The notes below the pieces were generated by a model. That model worked only from the letters and a program-made list of their open reading frames with translations. It did no database searches and was not told the DNA's origin. The position numbers were made by a program, and so were the translations under genes. A stretch of DNA of 64,000 nucleotides from a virus: the IMG/VR virus record IMGVR_UViG_3300030060_005952, positions 1 to 64,000 of that record; one strand, given 5' to 3'. Shown here piece by piece: positions 42,999 through 57,900 of the stretch (positions within the stretch are counted from its first letter, which is position 1; every line of letters starts with the position of its first letter).

Positions 42999-45900
42999 AT
43001 GACTGTGCTGGGGAGAAGGAATCATGCGTTTTTCTTCGATGGCGTTAGCGATAGCATAGTAGTTCCACAAGGTCATTTTTCAAGCATCGGAAAAACGAAT
43101 CCAGAGGGTCAAGAAGATATCAGGGGTCTTCTCAACCCAGAACCCAGAGGTGGCTCCGAGTCCATAACATCAGGGCTTTTCAACGAGGAGATTACAATCG
43201 AGACTTGGCTCATGCCAGACCAAGGAGGCACTGTCCTTGAGAAGAGTGGACAGTACAAGCTTTCAGTTGGCAAGATACAAGAAGCCGCTCCAGCTACTTT
43301 CACGATAGAACTGACCAATGGCGAGGCAGTGGAATCTCATACAATCACAACCGGGAGTCACAATGGTACTAGGTACACTGGTGCGATATACCCATTGAGT
43401 GAGCAAAACGGCATGTTCGATACCAAGGACAGTGGCCTGAATAGAAATCACAGGCCACTCCTAAATGTCGTAGCTACGTATCGTTCTGGTAGGATAGAGC
43501 TTTACGTCAATGGAGTTCTAATGGCTAGAAAAATTCTGAAGGACAAATCCTTGAAATTAGCAACTAGTAGTGAGAATCTCTACATTGGTGGCAAGGGTGG
43601 TGAGTACAGGGGAGTAATAGAAGCCATACACATAACCAATGACTTCAATCCAGACTTTACTGCTAGAACTGCCCCATTAAGAAGAGCCTCCACTATGTTG
43701 CTCTATAGATTTGAGGAGCCTATAACGACGTATGATGATGTCTACACACTTGCATCTTCGGCATCATCCGGTGCCACTAGCATTTCTATAAGCACGACTG
43801 AGGCTGCTGCATTAGCGACAAAACTCACAGGCTCATCTGTCACAAGTGGCACTATCACTTTCACATCTTCACCATACACAAGCGGTAACTACAAGGTCCT
43901 GCAAAGCACATCATCTGGAGTTACCCAACACGATGTGGCTCATGTTCCATACAATCTACTTCTGAAGCCAGTCGGTGTAAATGACCTCACACAAGCACCT
44001 ACTAGCCTTCCCCCTGAGAGAGTCAGACTACAGAGCATAAACGTAGGCACAGGCGCCTTGACTGTAGCCAGCATACATCTTGACTACAACACAGCCAGCA
44101 GTGGTCAGAGGGGCTTGCTCCATGACCACGCTAGTGGGGTTCAATTCGTTGTGATAGGGGCTGACCTGCTGTTAGACTCTGGTACAGGTAAACCGTACCA
44201 GCCTCCACACTATTCCTCAAAGGCCATCGATAGAACTGGTCAGATGGTTATAGACGAAGGACCTTTGGGACAACATGGTTTTGTCTACTCCTCACAAATG
44301 GCGATTAGCACTGATTCACCGAACAATCCCTACGCAGTGACTTGGCCCACTACCATATCGACTGAGTTATCAATTGGTCATTCCGGGCGTCACACTCTCA
44401 ATCATGTTGATGGTCACCACTATCTCAGGATGCTACCAAAGCCAAATGAGGAAATAATAGACATGGAAATCAATGGCGTGGCTGATAAATACAAAGCACT
44501 CTATGTTGACTCACAACAAGGTATAGCAGAGCAGTTGCCCGTAAACACAGAAGTAAGCATTCTAAGAAACGTAGGCCAGTTCACAGTCAATAGGGTGGTC
44601 AGTAGCACCACTGTGAACACAATCTACAACTCCCATCAAAGCACTGGTAGCACGGCTAATGGGACGAGAAAGCTCATAGCGATAGGTGGGACTAATTTTG
44701 ACTTCACTCCTTTCTTCCTAAAAGCTCCAATACATGACAAGGGTGCAACACTAGACTCGACTGTAAGAACACATCATCTAAGACCAAGCAAGACCAGTAG
44801 GGTGGCAATCCTAAACGTACCAGCTCTCTCAGGTTCTGACTACAACATGTCCCCTTATGTTGAGATACACTACAACGCCATAGACTTGAGTGGCGCTAGC
44901 ATGGCAACAGAAAACAATGTTGCTTGTCTAATGGTAGAGAAAACCGTGCCAGCCGGGGACACCGCCATCGGCACTGGTGGAGCCGCTACTACTATCTATG
45001 ATTTGATTGATGCTCAAATGGGGACTTTCACAGACGCTACCTGTGATACCAATCACACTAGCGGTGTTAGTGATGGTTCAACCACCAGTGTAAGGCACAT
45101 CACGATGGATAGCACTTCTTCCTTAGCAGTGGGAATGGAGGTTTCAGGGACTGGCATACCTTCGGGCGCATTTGTAAGTGCTATCAATAACTCAACTGCG
45201 TTTACACTCAGTCAGGACACAACGGCCACTAACACGAATACCACATTGACATTCACTAGAGTTGGTTTGACATTGCATGCACCCGGTGGCTACATAGACA
45301 TTAACACTGATGATTTCGCACACAAGCAGGAGCTTTTGAACCCGCATTCCCTCTCAGGCGATAACAGTGAAGGCTTTGATGCCGATTTGACTCTAGACGA
45401 GTCGTTAACACCCGGTAGTGGTTATACCCCATATGCCTCTGATACTAACACAAACACCACACCCAGTGTGATAGAAGATTCCACCAGCAAGACCACTACA
45501 CACGAGTCTTCATTCCACAAACTCTTCTTTGACCCTCTGCCATCAGAGAAGGACTTAGTTGACTTTTCTGATTTTCAGAGAATGGATGTCATATCATCTG
45601 GCTCTAACGCAGGTGAACCAGATGTGTTGGTCACTTCCTCTAACTCGCCCATATACGAGTCATTTGACATCATAGACAATGTGGAGATAACCACAGTTGA
45701 CTCCAACATGAGATTGATAATACATCCAAGCGACAGGGCTAGAACCAACCAGTTGCACTACGCTCAGGATGCACTCAATACCAAGGGAACCCCAAATGAA
45801 GTGTCAATTCACTACATGATGTCCCGTGCTAAGGTCAAAGGTGTATTAGAGGAGGATAACGTAGAGGGTAGAAGCTACACCACTGTCGAGTGTTGGGGCT

Positions 45901-48900
45901 TACAGAACAACATCGGTAGCAGAAACATCTCAGCAATTAGCTCAGGTAGCCCTGACTCCAACGTGGTCAAGGAGATTGAGCCTAATGCTCCTGTTGTTTC
46001 AGTCACTCTTGGAGGGCCGGGTCAAGGGGGTGTTGATACCAAACCCACTTTCACCAAGAGTCCCTTCAGTCACAAGCCCTTCTCAACTAGGAGGGCGTAT
46101 GCTGTTGCCACAAAGGAGTTCGTTTACAATCACTCAAGTGGAGCTTTTACTATCAATGTGCAACCGCTTAATAATCAGTCTTCTGACATGAAAAGCTGGG
46201 GCACTTTTGGTTTTCCTAAGTCTGGTAGAGTTTACTTTGCTGATGGTAGTAGCGCCAAATACGATTCTAGAACTTTAACCGCTTTTACTTTCTCTACTGC
46301 TACTGCCGGTAGTGGCGACTTCATCACATCTGATGGGAATGAGTTCACTGGTATTCTACCGTTGTTGAAAAACATAGGAGTGACAACCAATTCAGCTACT
46401 GGGGTTAGTGGCACGTTCGCTTTCAACGCTACTCTCTTCAGTGAGCCTGACTTTGGCGATGAGTCAATGATAGACAATGGTACAAACGTGAATGACAGAA
46501 TGTTCCAGTCCCTCAGTGATATCTCACATGACTATCAGCTTGGTACTCAGTATGCCAGCACTAGGGCACTTGTTGAGATACCATTCTTCTCAAACCAGTT
46601 CTTCAATAATCCAGACAGTGGCACATTCGTTGGACCCGGCAATGCCTTCAAGATTCATCTCGACGCCACTCACACGGCACATACCTACAATCCCAGTCCT
46701 GTGGGTAGAAGACCAAAGGGCATCGAGCCAGCAGACAGGGAGGCTAACTCGGCTTACTCAATCTCCATAGCTAAAGGCGAACATGTGCCTTACAGTAGAA
46801 TAGTGAAATGGGATTCTTCCAACAGAAGGATATACGTTGAGGATGCATCGAAGTATCCAGCACCATCGGCTAGTGGTTCTTTCAAGAATCTGACATCAGT
46901 ACCAAGATACAGAAGGGCATTCTTGAGTAGTGGCGAGTGGGTGGTGTACAGTGCAGTTGATACTTCTAACAACTACCTGACCGTACCAGCTAACCTTTCT
47001 TACGTTTTTTCAACTAATTTCATCAATGAACTCAGGCGCTCTGAAAGACTACCTCTGCTTGTTGGGCTACACGACGACACAGCTACGGCAATGGCCTCAG
47101 ATGTCTACACTCCGTCATCTGAGTTTGAGAGTAGAGGCGAATATTATTATGACCAAGCCAGCGCAATGACTCAAGGTGGTAATGTTGACTACGGACTCAG
47201 GCAGTACGTCAGCGCTGTTTCTTTCAAGAGTGGTCCCGAAACCAATCCGCATGCTCCTCGTGTTGAACCTAAGAGGGCAAAGGGAGAGATTGTTGGAATT
47301 AATGCCGAGAGGACAACAACTGATGGAGGTAACACGTATGTTGTATCACTTTCTGAAGAGGACTTTGCTCGCTTTCCTAATCTTGGTAGCCGCAATTCTA
47401 ATACAGCGAGCGGGGGAACAATAGGCGATTTATTGTATGAAGCTGTAGTAGATGTCAATGGTACTGAGTACAGGTTTCACTACTACGGTCATCTTGATGA
47501 AATCTCTGGCACTAGTAGTAACACTGCCATACCTAACTCAGCGATAGTCATAGCACATTACGAGAAGACAGGCAGTTACTTCACACCTAGCGACTTGATT
47601 GGCTCTGAGGTTGTTCTCAAGCAGAGGACTAGGAGGGTAATGTACGATGAGTACATAGCCGCTTACGCTGGTGGTTCTTTCACCAATAACATACCACCTG
47701 CTCTAAGCACTGTAGACCCTCTGTACAGGGAGCTTCTGAACAACATTTACTTCGGCGCAATTTTTTCAGCTTCAGCTTCGGGCGGTGGTGGAACTACGCT
47801 AACAGTCACTGGGACAAACAGTGTGAATGACCTGTTTGATTTCAACGTGCGAAAGGACGACAAGATATTCTACAAGTACGCAGATGGTCTAGGTGATGTC
47901 AGAGTAGGTTTCTTAGGAACCGTAACCGAGCATATAGCTGATACCAACGCACTCAAGTTTGAGATTGACACGACCAGTCTCCATAGCACCGTGACAACTC
48001 AATTAGCCGCTGATGGTGGAGCTCAGATTGGTGTCTTGGTCAATGACTTCAAGGATGTCGATGCAGTCCTAAACGCCACTTGGTTGAATCCATATGCACC
48101 GGGCGGGCTAAGGGATGGCGACACTATCTGGGCTAACATGTCTTACAATAACCCACATGCTGTTGAGGGACTCTTTGCCAAGAGCAGGGGTGTCTACAAC
48201 GAGGGGGAGGTCTGGAGCGAGTTCAATGGCGGGGAGGGTACTTTAGCCGCTAGCAACCCCAGAGATAGCATACCGTTGGAGAACTTCCTGATAGGTGCCA
48301 ATGCTCTTGAAACTGCCAGAAACTACGCTCAACACGTCAACAGAACGATTGAGGAGAACTATGTGTCTCTTGGTCTATCCGCCTCTTTAGCACCCACTGT
48401 AGCATACGTAGACCCATATCTAGCCAACGAGGGACATGCTAGGGTCTTGCTCTATGATGTTGTGCATGACAGGGAGTTCATTGCATTCCAAGACATTCAC
48501 ATGCAGGTTCAGTCGTCGGCTGATGCTACTCACATAGGTTGGAACAGACATGTAGTAGAAAACACTGACACGACTATGACGGACTTGGCTGTTAGCCTCC
48601 CAGCTACCAACGGTGCTGCTCCGTATGCTTGGACCACACAGATAGATGTGGCTAATGGTTTTCCTTCTCAAAACAGATACATTCGCTCAACACAGCAATC
48701 TAAGTTCATAGAGAGCGCATATGCACATGACTTGGCCAATAAGCAGAGTGATGACCTCACAGGTCAAACTGTCTATTCTGACAACGCCAGAAGAAACAAC
48801 TACTCCAGATTATTTGGAAAGGCACATGGTCACCACGTCCACGTAGGTTTCAGCATAAACGGTGCTGCATCGAATCAATCCTACTCATTCAGCACGCCTC

Positions 48901-51900
48901 CTAGAACACAGGAAAGCGTAACCACATTGAACAGAGCTATTGACAGACACCCCCTATCAAGGAAGAGCAGTAGGAGCTTCATTGACTCGTTGGTTAAGTT
49001 CAGAGAGGTATCAGGCAAATCACTACGTGACCCATCCACATTCTTCGATACACCAGATGGCACTCGTGTCATACCAGCCTTCCTCTGTCTCAAGGGCATT
49101 CGCTCTAGCTCACTAGACTTAAGCAGTCACGCAGAGGCTAACCAGAGCAGTGGGCTAAGAGGCATCAAACACCTACCACAATGGACTGACATGGATTTCG
49201 TCAGAAGACTCACAATAGATGCAGGTGAGATAGCAGAGAAGGAAGGTGTTGTTGATGTGCTTTCGGGTGCTACCGAGATAGTCAGAAAAATCAATCAGTA
49301 TGGCGCTTTGAATGCTAGAATGGCTAAGACTGTAGAAGTTTTTGATGCTGGTTTGAATGTTACTTCAACAGCCATAGTCGGTGGTGGTTCAGCGCACGAC
49401 CCTGCTGTGTGGTGGGATGTCAACCAAGCTTTCACAAGCACAGACTCTGGTACTCACATGGGCTATCTAAGGGCACATTTGGGAAGAGAGGTCGAGGACG
49501 CTGATGGTAATATCGGCCATACCATAGTGATTCACAGCACAGTTCCCGGCGCATCAGGTAGAAACTTCTGCGTCTGGCTGGACAACAGCACATCTCAGAC
49601 TACGTACAAGCCAGAGTTCCTGATTGGACACGGCGGTAGGTGGAGGAACTTCTGGGCCCTTCCAGACGAGAGGGAGGGAGAGAACATGCATCCTGCTCCC
49701 ATGCCTCTTGACAAGAACGGTAGGCCATTCGCCCCAATCACCACGCTCAAGCAGTACATTGACAGCGATGAGAGTGGAGAAGACGTAGTATCAGTAGCTG
49801 ACATTGGTACGGAGGAAAAGACCGATTTCATGTCTATCTCTGATGTCATAAGCGGTAAGAATCACAACAGCATCAACAGGGACTCCTTTGACTTGGAGGG
49901 CAGTACCTCAACTCTGGTCAACGGTCTGAGAATTGGGAAGAGAGCGATATCAAGAATAAACTTCGGTGGTCTGGTCGCAACTGGTGTTCCCGGTTGGGCT
50001 CCAGTGGCCGGAACTTGGGGCTTTGGCAAGAATGGCGAATCGACTTACAACACTAGGTATGGTAGCTCAAGCACAACAAGAACATACTCTTCACACATAT
50101 CAGCCAATATGCTTGACGAGGAGAACATAGGGAAAGGACAGCTCTACGGCTTCAGACTTAGGGACCATCTGGGTGGTGAGCATGGTATCAGATTTATCTA
50201 CAGCAGAAGGGGACAGGTCTTCGCCAATACCAACACCAAGACTCCTGATACCCTACAAGATGAGATATGTGTCTTCTTCGATGACAGGTCCTCCTCTCAA
50301 GGTGGTTTTACGGTTGGTACCTCGATGATGGGTTCTGGTGACGCCACTGGTAGGTTAGTTAGCTCATTCACTGACCAGAGTTGGAGAGGCGCTCGTTGGA
50401 ATGCGAAGCCAGCGCCTGAGATTGCAGTGAGGATGTCTTTGGCTTTCGCATCAACCAGCTTCACTGCTACTTTGAGCGCACCATATGACTCTCTTTCTCA
50501 TCCCGATGTCTTAGGTTATCTCGGCTTCCCACTTGAGAATGGCGTGTTACAAATGACTGATGCCGTGACTTCCCAAGATGACGAAGTTGGAAGGGTGGTA
50601 TCATATGAGAGAAGAGTTGGAAATACCTTCTACAACGTACAAAATGCACCAGCTACATCTGGAACTGATATTAAGCTAGTATCCCCGACCATCAACTGGA
50701 GTTGCTTAGTTACTGATGAGTTAATGAGCGCTGTTACGGCGGCTGCAATAAACAAGGAAGATGCGAATAGCGTTACTTTCTTCGATTGCACTTCCATGTA
50801 TGCCGCTGATGGTAGAACCTTCGGTGAGTGGGGCGTTACACCCGATGCCATACAGATTGTTGCTTTCAACACAGAGAGGAACGTCACTCCACTCTCAAAG
50901 TTGTTCAATGCCGTAGTCGCACCAGACTTGGGGATACAAGCGGCACATCTGGAGTTTGGTGAGATACAGAAAGCTGAGTTGACAGCCGCTGGTGTGTGGG
51001 ACTTTGGTACTAGTGCTGCACGCACAGATACTGAGATAGACGCTGGTATGAGAATAGATTGTGGCTACATACCAAAAACTCTGTTGGAAATAAGAACGAA
51101 AGGTGTCGGCCCAAACACCAACACAGCCACACCTGTGTTTGTAGATAGCGATAACAACCCAGTTTCCACTGTAGCATGGAGAAAGAATCTCACTGGTGAG
51201 TCCTACACTTCCGTATCAGGCGACCACATAATTCCGAAGATAGACAACCCCATTCTACAAATTGATAGAAGCGAGTTTACTGATTCAAACTGGGCCACTG
51301 ATAATCAATTCAAAACTGTCACAAACGCATATCACTTCCTAATACCAGCTAGCACTTATGTCAGTGGTGATGCCTCTCGTTCGATAGGTCAGAAAGCAGT
51401 CGTCTATCTCGATAATGAGAAGTACGCTGTGGTTGAAAGTGTGAATGACAGTGCTAGTTTCGCTTCTAACAATAGTATGAAATGGTTTTCCGACACTGAG
51501 GTGAATTGGCCCAGTACAAGACCCGCACAAGACGAGTTTTTACATCTGCACCTAGAGAGAAAATTCGCTGGCATACGCTCCATAGGAAGCGTCTTCTCAG
51601 AGCCAATAATCCTCTTCAGAGGGGGTAAGTCTAGTCCCGACCACAGCGTACCACTATTCTTCGGTGGCGGATTCAGTGGCGTTGTCATGGATGTGAATGA
51701 TGGTAGCAACAATGACTACTCGCAGTTCTACACCCACCCTTACGCTAACGGGCCCACTGGTACAGCGGGGATTCAAAACGCCAACGAGATATCCACTAGC
51801 TTCGCAATGTTGGACTGCAATGCCATATTAGCTTTCTTCCCCGGTACAGCTCTGCTCAATCAGCACAGAGCGAGCGCTCTACCTCCATTTTTCAACAAGG

Positions 51901-54900
51901 ATAACGTGTTAAGCACTGATTTGGATAGAGGTGGTACGACTTACACCGCTGGTGTAGTCAAGGCAAAAGCAGTGCCTTTGGTATTGAGGTTCCCTCATCC
52001 GACAGCAAGGTATGATGACCATGTGAATGGAGTGGACAATAAGACGACTTACCTTGTTTTTGGTCCCGGTCAGGCATTCCCAATAAGGGAGGAAACATCA
52101 GTATCAAATCCAAAAGAACCACATCCGGGTCGTGTGATTACCACTGGTAACTCATTCTCAAAGGTTCCTTTGATGACTAAAGCTTTCCACAATCACATAA
52201 ACAACGAGGATAGGGATTACCTGCCACCCGATAAAACAGAGTATCTAGCAAATGCTGCTTATCATTGGCGTGCTATGGTGAACTGGGAATCACCCGCTGG
52301 CTATCCCTTGGGACGTACATACAAACAGAGGCCCTCACACGGTAGAATGTACGGTCAGATGATTTGGGATGAGTCTACTTTTGATGACAGAACACAACCA
52401 CTCAGGCATACTCCCTTCATTGGCTTCGGTATAGCAATGGCAGCAGACACCGTGTTCCACATGGACGGTGGCTTCCATCCCGGTGGTTCTTGGTTAGATG
52501 ACCAACTGACTTTCAACCCACCAAAAAATGATGCCAGAATATCTGTTAGTGGATATAGCAAAATCAATCCAACTGCTTTCCGTGTGGCTGGAGCGATGTT
52601 GAAGAGCATTGTTACTGGTAGCACGACGATAGCCGACAAAGACACTGATATGGAATACATAGCAGTAGATGCTACACGCTGTCAAAATGGAGAGGAGCTT
52701 GCTACCGTGCTAGGTGCTGCAATAAACACATTCCCCGGAAAGGGTGCTTTGAAGGCGATAGGAGGCACACACATGCCTTCTATGGGAAATGCAATGAGAC
52801 AAGACAGATACGGCTGGATAGATATAGGGGCAGCAACAGGTACATACCAAAACAGCAGTCATCCGTACTACATAGAAAGCGTTGCCACAAGCGATAGGGA
52901 CCTTCTTGAGAACCTACCAGCTTCAGGTTGGATTAGGGGTGACATCGACAATAGCGCCACAACCAATGCTGCTTCGTATGCATGTTATTTCATGAAGCAG
53001 ATAATATTGAGTGGAACGGATTTCAAAGCAAGATTCTATCTTGCCCCCAATAGAAAAGAAAACGCCTCATCACCCGATGCGAACTTCTTGCATGATAATG
53101 GTGGTGTCACGCCTTCCTCATCAAAGAACCTGTATGTCTGGTCCAAGAGCGGAGTCATCAGGTACAACAACGAGAGCGTTAGTGCTCGTGACCACATGAC
53201 ACAGGTTCACTTCTCAGGCATAGCAGATGCCGTAGATAGAACAAAACCAGTAGGAGCTGTTGGATGGCATGGTGAGAGATATTCCTATCTCAACAGTCTC
53301 AAGATTACAACCAGTGTCACAAAAAATACCACCACGACGAATACCACTGGTTATGCTGCTGGTTTAGGGGCGTACCACCCCTTCCTGAATTTCTCTCCAT
53401 ATGGCTCGGCTAGCACTGTGATGAATACGTACGGACAACTTCCGCTCATTGCACCATTGTTCGGAAGTCCCGAAAGCACACCAGTCATAGACGGTGGGCA
53501 AAGTGCTACAAATCAAAAAGGATACATTGATAGTATCTATTCTAATAACACATTTTCGTCATACGGTAGAAGTTACAACTACAAAGATGCAGAAGACGCT
53601 GCACCGAACAATCTCTTTTCTGACCCAACAAATTATGTGATGTCGCACGCAAACACATCAAACACTAGCATTTTACCCGATGAGCTACAAAAATCACAGG
53701 GAGTCTACACATCTGCTTTCCTAGTTGTTTCGTATGAAAGCGAGCTAGCACTTGTGGCAAAAAGAGATAGGGACGGTACAAGTGCTGTTGGGGATTGGCT
53801 GTATTTGAGACAGGAGGAGGATATCTCTGATTCTGGCACTACGATATGGGACGATAGGATTCACGGTCAGGATAGATATACAGCACCAGCAAATGCTGGG
53901 CCAAACGTAGAGGCTCTGATTGCTGATGGCACAGCAGTTCCAGTAGATACCATAGATGCCAATTGGATTGATGATTTGTTCCCAACTGGAGGGGGCGCTT
54001 ACAAGTACATGCATAGTGCTGTTTCTTCAGATACCAATCTTTCCAACGCCACGCCAGACAGAGCAAAGACTGGTGATTTGATACATGACTTGGATTTTTC
54101 ACCCGGCTCATTCAATTTACAATCCGATGAAGCAGAAAGAAATGTTGCTGAAGACAAATATTCTGGTACTGCTTACACGGCTGAAACAGGATTCTCAAAT
54201 CAGTATTGGTTGTCTGATGTAAATGGTTTTCAAACTCAGAAAAAATTTGCTGCAAAGAATTTTTCTGTAGAAAATATTGTTTGGAAAAGAATGGATGGAG
54301 GTAACCTAAGTCTGCCTACTTTGGACGCCAGAGGGCTTGGTGCAGTGCCTTTCGTGACTCGTGTAAAAAGCAATACAAAATATTTGACTGGAGAAAAAAT
54401 TTATGGAAATGTGCGTTTTTCGTTTGAAACAACCAATTCTGCTATGATGCCAGTGTTACAAGCACAAGAAATTTCTCAACCACAGCTCTCAGAAAAAAAT
54501 ATTTTCAATGTAAAAAATATTTTACAAATTCCAAATGAAGAAATTCAATTTGAGGAAATTTTGGTTGTTGACGATGCTGGGCAGGAGCATGTCATAGAAG
54601 GAGGAAGCCCACTTGGTACAATCATCAGAACTTTCAATCTCAGTCAATTTACTTCACAAGAAACAACAACCGTGTTCGATGCTGGTCTTGGTGTCTTCAG
54701 TAATGTAACAGAAAACAAGACGGGACCTGCTTTAGCTAATTCTGGACTCAAACCAAGACTAGCGGTGCAACTACCAAACCCGGATAGCATACCGGGGAAT
54801 TTAGTGGTTCGCTCTGGTTTTGACCCCATACAGGCGTATCAAAACGAGACTTTTGGCTCCGGTGGCATGCAACACCCCGGTGATAACTCAACTAGGCTGA

Positions 54901-57900
54901 GTAGCTTCTACGATACCACATACGGCATTGGGCAGGGACATCCTACTTACGAAGAGGTCGGATGGGAGCATTATGACCCAGTTAACGAAAAATCAAAAAT
55001 AGGCGATTTGAATGTTGCCACTCTCAAAAACTCCTATGAATTGCACGATAGGGCGCTTTTCTTTCATGTTACGAAGATGGGACACAGTAGCACACACAGG
55101 TATCCAAACGTGTACACCACTGGTTCTAACTCCGCTGCAAATGACGTAGAAGCACAGACTCTGACATTCGTTTCTTTTTCCAGTGGAGTTGTCACTGTAA
55201 ACGCCGCTCCAAACGTACATGTCTGGAAGAGAACTTTCACGGACGCCACATGTGATTACAATAACTCTACCAGTGTATCGATAGATAGCACTGCCTCCCT
55301 AGTCATAGGAATGCAAGTTTCTGGTACAGGCATACCAACAGGCGCAATAATATCCAGCATATCGAACAGCACTTCCTTTGAGTTAAGTGCAGCCACTACT
55401 GGGGGTAGCGTGACTAATGGTACTTTGACATTCAAAGAAACCAGAGACTTTGGCTCAAGGGAAGAAAATGATGATAGAAGGTACATGAGATTGTACAATC
55501 CCACTACCGGAGAAAGCGGTGTAGCTACCTATACAGGCATTTCTGGTAGCACTTTCACGGGTGTAAAGGCTGATGCAAATTTCACAACTCTAGCTGCTAC
55601 ATCTGATACCATGTATCTGGTTCCCTCTTTCTACATACCCGCAGGAAGCAACAGATTCTTTGCGGCAAGAAGACTACGTGACCATGCTGAAGTAAGCGGA
55701 AACTCCCCTGATATGGCGCATACTGAGTACATTACTAGTGTGACAAACGCTTACGACAGATACACAAAACCCGTAATGACACCCATGCCATATCCAAGAA
55801 TGGGCCATCATTACGTCAATGCAACCCAACCCATGCTACCGGGCCATTGGGCTCACCCAGTGTACCAGTCTCTGTACAAAAAACACAGAGCCGAGCAAAA
55901 CATGCTAAGGCAGACAATGGATGGAAAAATTTTGTTGGACGCCGTAAAAGCTAGCGCTGAGAATGTGCCGACAAAAAGTGACTTATCGATAGGAAACAGC
56001 ATAAACCCAATGGAAGCAGAAATAAACTTCAGTGCGATAAACGCTGCACCTAGCGGTCCTTCGGACTTACACGGTGGTGCTTTCACATTAATGTTTGAAA
56101 CTGCTGTAAAATGGGACGGTTACGGGGTTTTGGGCAGTCAGGGGGATGCTGGTACGATAAACAAGGCAGGTGGACACAGTATCACGTTACAGGCTGCCTC
56201 CAGCTACACGCTAGCAAATCACTTCCCAGACCCGGCTGAAGTGGGGGCGTACCAAATTGTCATACAGCCCAATCTTTTCAGCAATCAACTAGGCGGCGCA
56301 GATGACACAACCTATGCATTAACAGCTCAACAAGTTAATACAGTCATTGGAATAAAGCATGATGAATCCAACACTGGTGCTATGACACTAGTATTGGCTC
56401 GCTCTACTGAAGCCGATGTCAGAGGGTGTGAAGTAATGATAAACGAAATGATGCTGGACATCAATCCTGATTTCGGAAGTCAATTTACAAATATACCAAA
56501 ACTACTTTTGTACAACCCATATGGTGTAAATTTGAATGAGAGTCCTTCCTTTTCAAGAAGGGGATTCCCTTACTCACCAATGTTTTCAGATTCAACACCC
56601 GGAGTTACTTTGAATGTACCTTGGTGGAGTGTTTTATTCGCAGATATAGCTAGTGATGACTTATCAAATGATGAGGGCTTTAGAGGATTAGCACAAAGTG
56701 CGCCTCATAATTACTATTCACATTCTAGAAGTACATATGGAAGTATAGGAAATACACTAACTATGCAAGGATACCCTACAATATACCCCGACATATACTC
56801 ACATATACTTCAAAATACATCTAATATACCTACATGTATAGTACAATCATTCAATACAAGTACGAGAAAAATAACAGTTGACAATGCAAGCAGTTTCCCT
56901 AGCCTACCTAGATTCGGAAAGCACCTACAATACACCGGAAAGGACGGAAAAACGTATTCTGCACCATATACATCACGTAGTGGATTTAGTGCATCTGAGA
57001 TAAATATACCAACTATATTCACCTTACCAAGCACTGCAACTAGTACCAACTTCCTAAACAATATATTCGACGGTGCTGAGATTACACTTTCAAGTACATA
57101 CAATACAATATCTGAGAATACTTATGCTAAGGATAGGACAAAAAGCATATTCGCAACTAATTTAGATGATATTAAATTAGGTACTAGAGATACTAACAAC
57201 CTAAATCCACCAGATGCATTCCTATGTTTATGGCATGAGAATCTAGGTAGGCCATATACTATATTTTCAGAAAGCACTAGTCGTGCTTGGAATGCAGAAC
57301 CTGTTGATGCTGACAGGTATAATGCACTACCTGAGCATTATGAAACTATACATTATCACTCTGCTACATATGCAATGAGTCTAGGTCCTTTTTCACTCAA
57401 AGTAAAAGCACAAAAAACTGGTGATGCAACGGGTGGTGTACATACTGTTGATACTAACAATGATGCTGGAGGTGCATCTGGTAGCGAGTTTGGAAGTGTC
57501 CTATACAACAGATACTGGCCTTGTGGTAGCAGGGGTGGTCCTCAAGCCAGTAGTTTGGAGGAATACACAATAGCTTCTGCTTCTTGGAGTAAACCGGGCG
57601 ATTATGACCAAATGGGCTTAAATTGGACAGATGCTGACGATGACGGTAGTTATTCTGTTTCTAGCGGAATCAGCTCGTCCACCTCAAGTACCAAAAGAAG
57701 GGCCTTTGGATACCGTATCGCTGTACGGCAAGCCTACAACAGACCTAGATGGGGTCTTCTCCCAGCTCGTGCTGTCTATGAGGGAACTGCTTCTGGTAGC
57801 GCCTTTAACACCACAAACTATGATTCTGGTCCAATAATCCAGATGGAGAGCCATGGAAGCATACCACTCACTTACACGGGCATACTGGAGAGAAGCACGA

